Shown: positions 8,200-14,751 of the stretch, piece after piece | Numbering within the stretch: position 1 is the stretch's first letter | How the letters are laid out: every line of letters begins with the position of its first letter | Assembly: GCF_001457595.1 (NCBI RefSeq) | Contig: NZ_LN831039.1 | Location: 5,640,001-5,672,000, forward strand | DNA length: 32,000 nt | Origin: Mycolicibacterium smegmatis | GTDB taxonomy: Bacteria > Actinomycetota > Actinomycetes > Mycobacteriales > Mycobacteriaceae | Direction: 5' to 3' | The notes under the pieces: generated by a model | Told to the model about the DNA's origin: nothing | The model's input: only the letters and a program-made list of their open reading frames with translations | The model's database searches: none | Position numbers and translations under genes: made by a program

Positions 8200-10050
8200 A
8201 TGGAACAGGCCGACGAATCGTTCGAAGCACTGCTGCGCTACATGCGTGACTCGCGTGGGTTCGACTTCACCGGTTACAAACGCACATCGTTGATGCGCCG
8301 CGTGCGGCACCGCATGGACCAGGCGGGTCACGACACGTTCGAGGAATACCTCGACGTATTGCAGGCCAGTTCCGACGAGTTCTCGGCGCTGTTCAACACG
8401 ATCCTCATCAACGTCACGGCGTTCTTCCGCGATCCGGAGGCGTGGGAGTTCATCCGCAGTGACGTGATCCCGCGCATGCTCGCCGAACGCGGACCCGACG
8501 ACCCCATCCGGGTCTGGAGCGCCGGTTGCGCGTCCGGGCAGGAGGCGTAGACGCTGGCGATGCTGCTCGCCGAGGCGCTCGGACCCGACGCCTTCCGTCA
8601 GCGCGTCAAGATCTACGCCACCGATGTCGACGAGGACGCGCTCACCGAGGCACGCGCCGCCTCGTACGACGCGAGAGCCGTCGAATCGGTGCCGCCGACG
8701 CTGTTGTCGACGTACTTCGAACATGTCAACGGCCGCTACGTCTTTCACAAGGACCTGCGACGCGCGGTGATCTTCGGCCGCAACGATCTGGTGAAGGACG
8801 CACCCATCTCGCGGGTCGACCTTCTCGTGTGCCGCAACACGCTGATGTATCTCAATGCCGAGACACAGCGAAACGTCATCAGCCGCTTGCACTTTGCGCT
8901 CGGGGCACAGGGGACGCTGTTCCTCGGCCACGCCGAGATGCTGCTGAGCCATGCCGACCGGTTCGCGCCGCTGAACCTCAAGCACCGGATCTTCCGCAAG
9001 GCCGCGGGGTCGCATTCAGGCATCGAACGTTACGACCCGACCGCCGCGATGTACGACCGTCACGGCGACCTGCCCGGGCTCACCACGGTGCGGGACCTGG
9101 CCTTCCGCGCCAGCCCTGTCGCGCAGATCGTGGTGACCGGCGAGGACACCGTCGCGATGATCAACCAGCAGGCCGAGTCCATTTTCGGGCTCTCGGCCCG
9201 AGACATCGGGCGTCTGCTGCGCGACCTCGAGATCTCCTACCGGCCGGTCGAACTGCGCGCCTACATCGAGCAGTGCAAGGTCGAGCGCCGATCCGCTCGC
9301 ATCCAGGACGTGAAGTGGCAGCGTCCTGGCTCGGAGACCGTGTGGTTCGAGATTCACGTGAACCCACTCGTGGACAACGAGAACGGCTTGCTCGGTGTGT
9401 CCATCGTGTTCTTCGACGTCTCGGCCACCCGCGCGCTGGTCGACAAGGTTGTCCAGACCAACCGCCAGCTCGAGGCGGCCTACGAGGAACTGCAGTCCAC
9501 CAACGAAGAGCTTGAGACCACCAACGAGGAACTTCAGTCGACGGTGGAGGAACTGGAGACCACCAACGAGGAACTCCAGTCCACCAACGAAGAACTCGAG
9601 ACCATGAACGAGGAGTTGCAGTCCACCAACGACGAACTGCACACCATCAACGACACGCTGCGTGACCGCAGCATCGAACTCGAGGACGCACGGACCTTCC
9701 TCGATTCGATGGTGAACTCGATCCAGCTGGGGATGGTGGTCGTCGACCGCGAGATGCACGTGGTGGTGTGGAACCGGCACTGCGAGGACCTGTGGGGTCT
9801 GCGCGCCGACGAGACCGTGGGAACCCCGTTGACGTCGCTGGACATCGGCCTGCCGCTCGATCAGGTGCGGCCGCTGATCGGGAACGCCTTCGTCGACGCC
9901 GGCGACCCGGGCGAGGTCGTCGTCGATGCGGTCAACCGGCGCGGACGTGCCGCGCGCATCCGGGTCACGTGCGCGCCGTTCCGGTCCCCCGAGGGCGGCG
10001 TGAAGGGTGCCTTGTTGTTGATGGAGGACCAGCTCGCGGCGCACTCCTAG
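8200..10050 (+). pseudogene. CheR-type SAM-dependent protein-glutamate methyltransferase with PAS - heptad coiled-coil - PAS, interrupted by an in-frame TAG at 8548-8550
   Basis: ORFs 8089-8550 and 8560-10050 share a frame. The N-terminus is FEALLRYMRDSRGFDFTGYKRTSLMRRVRHRM (CheR N-domain). The SAM motif reads IRVWSAGCASGQEA*TLAMLL where homologues have GEE(A/P)Y. DLLVCRNTLMYL follows, then two PAS-like segments. The likely start is the ATG at 8200 (MEQADESFE). Confidence 0.85.
9484..9651 (+). repeat. 8 x 21-nt (heptad) tandem repeat encoding EELQSTN/EELETTN
   Basis: The units are EELQSTN, EELETTN, EELQSTV, EELETTN, EELQSTN, EELETMN, EELQSTN and DELHTIN, read directly from 9484-9651. Confidence 0.9.
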
Positions 10051-10427
10051 CCTGCGTCACCCGCGGCCTCGTCGGCGACGGCAGCCGCTGCGTGCCGCTC
10101 GGCTTCGGCGCGGTGTACCTCGGCGGCGTTCTGGTGCATATCTGCTTCGTCGTCGTCGGCCGTGAGGGCGGCCTGCTCGTGCATCGCTGCCGCGCGCAGG
10201 TGAGCTGCTCTGGCATCCATGTGCCGCCGAGCGGCCGAGTGATGCGCGTCCAGCGCATGCTGCCTGGCCTGTTCTGCGCGTTTCCTGGCCGTTGCGACGT
10301 CATCAGCTGTCGAAGCTCGACCCTGCACAAGTGCGGTGCGGCGCTCTGCGAGCTCCTTCGCCCTCACGTCTGCAGCTTTGGCACGCGCCTCGTGTGTGGC
10401 GTCGTGAGGATCACTGGGTGCTGACAT
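10047..10427 (-). CDS. Hypothetical Ala/His-rich helical protein with heptad-spaced histidines (126 aa)
   Basis: The ATG at 10427 overlaps the upstream GAF-ANTAR stop by 17 nt, which suggests coupling. His residues sit at 62, 69, 76, 83 and at 98, 105, 112. Codon third positions are less GC-biased than in neighbouring genes, so its status as a real gene is not certain. Confidence 0.5.
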   Translation of the reverse strand: MSAPSDPHDATHEARAKAADVRAKELAERRTALVQGRASTADDVATARKRAEQARQHALDAHHSAARRHMDARAAHLRAAAMHEQAALTADDDEADMHQNAAEVHRAEAERHAAAAVADEAAGDAG

Positions 10428-11127
10428 CGGCCGGCCGTTCAGCGGTGGTGACGATCTCGCGCGCGACGTCCACCAGGGGTGTGTTGGCGCCCTGCGAAAG
10501 CTTCTTGAGGACTTCGAACGCCTGCCCGGCGTCGATCCGGTACCGCTCCATGAGCATGCCCTTGGCCTGGCCGATGAGATCGCGTGATGCCAGAGCGCTG
10601 CGGAACTGTTCGTCGCGGCGCATCAGGCTCCACATGAGCGCGGCGTGCGTCGCGATGATCAGACCCGACTCCACGGCCTCGGCATCGAAGGCGCCCGCGG
10701 TCTCGGAGTAGAAGTTCAGCGCGCCCATGGTCTGGTTGTCGGCGTAGAGCTGGAACGCGACGACCGAGCGGATCGGCGTCTCTAACAGCGCCTGGCGGCA
10801 GTACGCGGGCCAACGCTGCTCGGACTCCATGTCGTCGATCCGGATGACGTGCTGTTCCCACGCCGCGGCGAGGCATGGCCCGTTTTCGACACGCTGCTGG
10901 ATCTCGTCGAGGATCTCCGGGTACTCGCCGGTGGCTGCGGCCGTACGGACCTTTCCGTCGCGTCCGGCGATCGTGATACCCGCGTACTGAGCGCCGGCGA
11001 CATATTCGACGGCGCTCTCGGTGAGCTCGCCCAGTACGGCGTCGACGTCGGTCGCGCGACGTGTGTGCACGTCGCGGATCAGATTGCTGATCTGCTGCGA
11101 GATCGCCTCGTTCTGGCTCACCGACAT
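10411..11127 (-). CDS. GAF-domain / ANTAR-domain RNA-binding regulator
   Basis: The C-terminus RDLIGQAKGMLMERYRIDAGQAFEVLKKLSQGANTPLVDVAREIV is a canonical ANTAR motif. The N-terminal roughly 150 aa are GAF-like. I prefer the ATG at 11127 (MSVSQNEAI), which has GGAG 8 nt upstream, over the ORF-track start at 11193. Confidence 0.8.
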   Translation of the reverse strand: MSVSQNEAISQQISNLIRDVHTRRATDVDAVLGELTESAVEYVAGAQYAGITIAGRDGKVRTAAATGEYPEILDEIQQRVENGPCLAAAWEQHVIRIDDMESEQRWPAYCRQALLETPIRSVVAFQLYADNQTMGALNFYSETAGAFDAEAVESGLIIATHAALMWSLMRRDEQFRSALASRDLIGQAKGMLMERYRIDAGQAFEVLKKLSQGANTPLVDVAREIVTTAERPADVSTQ

Positions 11128-11225
11128 GTTCCACTCCGGTCGACATCGATCGATCAAGGATAACGTGGCCTGCGGGTATTCCGATCCGACCACACCGAAT
11201 TTAGAACACGTTCTAGTGTGTGCAT

Positions 11226-12110
11226 ATGCGGTTCACATATGCCGAAGCAATGACCGATCCCACCTACTACATCCCGCTCGCGCAAGCGGCCGAGGCCGCC
11301 GGATACGACGCCATGACCATTCCGGACAGCGTCGCCTATCCGCTCGAATCCGACTCCAAGTACCCGTACACCCCCGACGGCAACCGCGAGTTCCTCGACG
11401 GCAAGGCGTTCATCGAGGCGTTCGTGCTGGCGTCGGCCCTGTGCGCGGCGACCACGACGCTGAACTTCAACTTCTTCGTGCTCAAGCTGCCGATCCGCCC
11501 GCCTGCCCTGGTGGCCAAACAGGCCGGATCGCTCAACGCACTGTTCGACAACCGTCTGGGTCTCGGCGTCGGCACCAGCCCGTGGCCCGAGGATTACGAG
11601 TTGATGGGCGTGCCGTTCGCCAAACGCGGCAAACGCATGGACGAGTGCATCGACATCATCCGCGGGCTGACCACCGGCGAGTACTTCGAGTACCACGGCG
11701 AGTTCTACGACATCGCCAAGACCAAGATGACACCAGCGCCGTCCAAGCCCGTGCCGATCCTGGTCGGTGGCCACGCCGACGCCGCGCTGCGCCGTGCCGC
11801 ACGCTGCGACGGTTGGATGCACGGCGGCGGCGAGCCCGAGGAACTCGACCGACTCCTCGCGCGGCTCAAGCAGTTCCGTGAAGAGCACGCCGAAAAGACC
11901 GGCGAGGCACCGAGTGAGGACTTCCAGATCCACGTCATCTCGATCGACGCGTTCACCGTCGACGGCATCAAACGCCTTGAGGACAAAGGCGTCACGGATG
12001 TCATCGTCGGCTTCCGCATCCCCTACATCGAGGGCCAGGACACCGAGCCGCTGGACAAGAAGATCCGCAACCTCGAGTGGTTCGCCGAGAACGTGATCGC
12101 CAAGGTGTGA
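11226..12110 (+). CDS. Luciferase-like (LLM class) F420-dependent oxidoreductase
   Basis: MRFTYAEAMTDP..., LGLGVGTSPWPEDYELMGVPFAKRGKRMDECIDIIRGL and GEFYDI are typical of the LLM/F420 Rv2161c-like subfamily. A GTG two codons upstream (11220) is an alternative start. Confidence 0.8.
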   Translation: MRFTYAEAMTDPTYYIPLAQAAEAAGYDAMTIPDSVAYPLESDSKYPYTPDGNREFLDGKAFIEAFVLASALCAATTTLNFNFFVLKLPIRPPALVAKQAGSLNALFDNRLGLGVGTSPWPEDYELMGVPFAKRGKRMDECIDIIRGLTTGEYFEYHGEFYDIAKTKMTPAPSKPVPILVGGHADAALRRAARCDGWMHGGGEPEELDRLLARLKQFREEHAEKTGEAPSEDFQIHVISIDAFTVDGIKRLEDKGVTDVIVGFRIPYIEGQDTEPLDKKIRNLEWFAENVIAKV

Positions 12111-12269
12111 GTTCCAGGCTGTAGAGGTCACGGGCGACGGGCCGGTGTAATCCGAACCACGTTCATTTGTCGGAACATCGGCCCGCCCGCTAGCGTTGCA
12201 CGCGTTGTTCTCGCCAACGCCGTCCGAGAGCTCAGGAGAATTCCCCAGCAATCGGAAGAGCTGTATTTG

Positions 12270-13484
12270 ATGACGACGTCCCTGCAACCGAACCGGCCCG
12301 CCTCGGTCGTCGCCACCGACACCACCGTTCGGTGGCTTGCGGTGTTCGCACTGGCGCTCGGTGGTTTCGGCATCGGGACCGCCGAGTTCGTCGCGATGGG
12401 CCTGCTGCCCGACATCGCGACCGGTTTCGGCATCACCGAGCCGACCGCGGGTCACGTCATATCGGCCTATGCCCTCGGCGTCGTGGTCGGTGCGCCGGTG
12501 CTCGCCGCGGTGACCGCCCGCGTGCCACGCCGGGTGTTGCTGCTCGGCCTCATGGCGGTGTTCACGCTCGGCAATGTCGCGAGCATGGTCGCGCCGTCGT
12601 ACCCGACCCTCGTGGTCGCGCGCTTCGTCGCGGGCCTGCCGCACGGCGCGTACTTCGGTGTCGCCGCGCTCGCGGCCGCGCACCTGATGGGCCCCGCCAA
12701 CCGCGCCAAGGCCGTCGCGCACGTGCTGTCCGGCCTGACGATCGCCACGGTCCTGGGCGTGCCGATGGCCTCGTGGCTCGGCCAGGCGCTCGGCTGGCGC
12801 AGCGCGTTCGGGCTCGTGGTGTTCGTCGGCGTGCTGACGCTGGCCGCACTGTGGTTCTGGCTGCCCGAACAGTTGCGCACCATGCACATCTCCAGCCCCC
12901 TGACCGAACTCGGCGCGCTGCGCCGCCCGCAGGTGTGGCTCGCGGTGCTCGTCGGCATGATCGGCTTCGGCGGCATGTTCGCCGTGTACACCTACATCAG
13001 CACCACGATGACCGACGTCGCCGGCCTGTCACGCGGGCTCGTGCCGCTCGCGCTCATGGTCTTCGGCTTCGGCATGGTGATCGGCAACCTGCTCGGCGGA
13101 CGGTTGGCCGACCTCTCGGTGGTCCGCGCCCTGTACGTGTCGCTGGCAGCCCTCGGGATCTTGCTCGCGGTGTTCGTGGCGGCCTCGCATCATCCGTGGT
13201 CGGCGCTGCTGGTCCTGTTCGGCATCGGCGTCGCCGGTTCCGCGGTGGGCCCCGCGTTGCAGACGCGACTCATGGACGTCGCGCACGACGCGCAGACGCT
13301 CGCCGCCGCGCTCAACCACTCCGCGCTCAACATCGGCAATGCGACCGGTGCATGGGTCGGTGGGCTGGTGATCGCCGCGGGCTTCGGTTACACCGCACCA
13401 GCCGCCGCGGGTGCGGTGCTCGCGGTCGGCGGTCTGCTGGTGCTCACGCTGTCGGTCGCGGTGCAGCGCCGCTCGAAGACCTGA
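12270..13484 (+). CDS. MFS transporter (DHA1-like, 12 TM)
   Basis: The protein is about 404 aa. It contains GIGTAEFVAMGLLPDIA, LGNVASMVAP and FVAGLPHGAYFGV, with hydrophobic segments throughout. The ATG at 12270 immediately follows a TTG at 12267. Confidence 0.85.
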   Translation: MTTSLQPNRPASVVATDTTVRWLAVFALALGGFGIGTAEFVAMGLLPDIATGFGITEPTAGHVISAYALGVVVGAPVLAAVTARVPRRVLLLGLMAVFTLGNVASMVAPSYPTLVVARFVAGLPHGAYFGVAALAAAHLMGPANRAKAVAHVLSGLTIATVLGVPMASWLGQALGWRSAFGLVVFVGVLTLAALWFWLPEQLRTMHISSPLTELGALRRPQVWLAVLVGMIGFGGMFAVYTYISTTMTDVAGLSRGLVPLALMVFGFGMVIGNLLGGRLADLSVVRALYVSLAALGILLAVFVAASHHPWSALLVLFGIGVAGSAVGPALQTRLMDVAHDAQTLAAALNHSALNIGNATGAWVGGLVIAAGFGYTAPAAAGAVLAVGGLLVLTLSVAVQRRSKT

Positions 13485-13490
13485 GCTCGA

Positions 13491-14054
13491 CTATCTGAGC
13501 TGGTCCTCGCATCTGGAGGTCAACCCCGAGAAGTGCACGGCGGGCATGCCGTCGACCGTCGTGAAGTCGGTGCCCGGCGCCCACTCGGCACCAGGGGTGA
13601 TCCATGGCGGCACGTCGTGCGGGTATGCGATGGTCAGGTCGGAGTAGAACCGCGCGTTCGCCGGGCACGTCGGGCTTTCCGACGGTTGCGGGTTCCAGGC
13701 ATGCACCACAACGGGATTCAGCAGCCGCCTGCCCTCGGCACAGTTCGGCTGGCATTCGATCGCGTTGTCGACGCCGGTGCCGCGCGCTCCGTCCGGACCC
13801 CACTGGGTCCACGTCATCTCCTGCAGCACGCCGGTCTTGTCGCAGTTGTAGTCGAACACCTCGGGCCGCTGCGGCAGCGGATGCTCCGGGTCGTAGCACA
13901 TGCCGATCGCGTACACCTCGTTCTCGGGGATCGTGCCGCTGTCGGGTGCCACGGGTTCCGCCGAGGCCGGCCCGGCCGACAACATCAGGGCGGCGACGGC
14001 CGCAGCGGTCACAGCCGAAGTCACAGCTGTCGACTCAGCGAAGTGGCGGGTCAT
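13491..14054 (-). CDS. Secreted Cys-rich hypothetical protein (187 aa)
   Basis: GAGGAG lies 7 nt upstream of the ATG at 14054. The signal peptide reads ...AAVAALMLSAGPASA|EP. The mature part has 7 Cys. I recognise no family. Confidence 0.65.
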   Translation of the reverse strand: MTRHFAESTAVTSAVTAAAVAALMLSAGPASAEPVAPDSGTIPENEVYAIGMCYDPEHPLPQRPEVFDYNCDKTGVLQEMTWTQWGPDGARGTGVDNAIECQPNCAEGRRLLNPVVVHAWNPQPSESPTCPANARFYSDLTIAYPHDVPPWITPGAEWAPGTDFTTVDGMPAVHFSGLTSRCEDQLR

Positions 14055-14267
14055 GTGTCACTCCTCGTTGCGGCTCTCGTAACCACACTTACGGCTTTCC
14101 GGTCGACGGGGATGCTAGCAACCCGCCGGAGAGTACGCAGCACGTTCGAAAACTGCTGAGAAAAACATGTGAATTCGCGGAATTTTCTTCAGCCTTCCGA
14201 AATTGCAGTCAGTAGACGGTGATCGGGCGAGCGGGATTCCCGATCCGTCTGAAAAGAAGGGTTGGAA

Positions 14268-14579
14268 ATGAGTTCGGAGAAGACGAAGAGATACACTCTC
14301 GGCGCCCTCGGGATGGGCGCCATTGCTTCGGCGGCCCTCTGTATGGCGGGCACCGCTTCGGCCGCACCGACAGAGCAGTCGGTGGAACAAACCGTGAAGA
14401 GCCTTCAGACCAGCGGCTATCACGTCATCGTCAACAAGACCGGCGCCGCTCCCCTGTCCAGTTGCAAGGTGGTCGGGGTCCGCCCGGGCCAGACGCACTC
14501 CACCAATGATTCGCGGGGCGGGGGCTCCATCAAAACCACGATCATCTCGCAGACCGTCTATGTCGACGTCGCCTGCTGA
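14268..14579 (+). CDS. Small secreted hypothetical protein (about 103 aa)
   Basis: The signal peptide is LGALGMGAIASAALCMAGTASA|AP. There are two Cys in the mature part, one of them at the C-terminal residue. The ATG at 14268 is preceded by aaggg. The ORF-track start is a TTG at 14262. Confidence 0.6.
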   Translation: MSSEKTKRYTLGALGMGAIASAALCMAGTASAAPTEQSVEQTVKSLQTSGYHVIVNKTGAAPLSSCKVVGVRPGQTHSTNDSRGGGSIKTTIISQTVYVDVAC

Positions 14580-14651
14580 TCGGGAATAACCACCGGCGTG
14601 CATTTGTTGCAGCAATTCAAACCGTAATGCGGTTTGACAGTAAATGACGCC

Positions 14652-14697
14652 AAACAATCGGCCGCACAATGTTGTGCGGCCGATTGTTTTGTTTTTC
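14652..14697 (+). terminator. Intrinsic terminator: 18-bp perfect inverted repeat followed by a T-tract
   Basis: aaacaatcggccgcacaa (14652-14669) pairs with ttgtgcggccgattgttt (14672-14689), followed by tgtttttc. It is preceded by a smaller hairpin caaaccg-taatg-cggtttg (14617-14635). Confidence 0.7.
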
Positions 14698-14710
14698 TAT
14701 GTACCGGGTA
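14686..14710 (+). promoter_or_regulatory. Second candidate SigF-type promoter (upstream of the sugar porter)
   Basis: GTTT (14686-14689), a 16-nt spacer, then GGGTA (14706-14710). The -35 lies inside the terminator T-tract, so a chance match is plausible. Confidence 0.25.
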
Positions 14711-14751
14711 ACTTCCTGAGGCCCCAACCCGAACCTCAGGAGCCCGACCCG

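Noticed and set aside
6751-8550. Genome-wide reassignment of TAG (for example pyrrolysine or a sense codon)
   Set aside because: TAG is the terminal stop of several well-defined genes here: the SDR, the Fpg/Nei glycosylase, FUSC, IS orfA, and the CheB-like and CheR-like genes themselves. No pyl genes or suppressor tRNA are visible in the window. Only local read-through, mutation or sequencing error remain plausible.
8026-10044. Two long minus-strand ORFs (329 aa and 342 aa)
   Set aside because: Both are antisense to the CheR-PAS gene. The heptad repeat merely mirrors as LQFLVGG repeats, and no independent domain evidence exists.
11198-11211. Possible LexA SOS box (GAAC...GTTC)
   Set aside because: The mycobacterial SOS box has GAAC-N4-GTTC. 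Here the spacing is N2 (GAAC-AC-GTTC), so it is kept only as a generic palindrome.
11154-12887. 577-aa minus-strand ORF
   Set aside because: It has an extreme Arg/Gly/His/Asp composition and no motifs. It lies antisense to the LLM oxidoreductase and MFS genes, so it is a typical high-GC shadow ORF.
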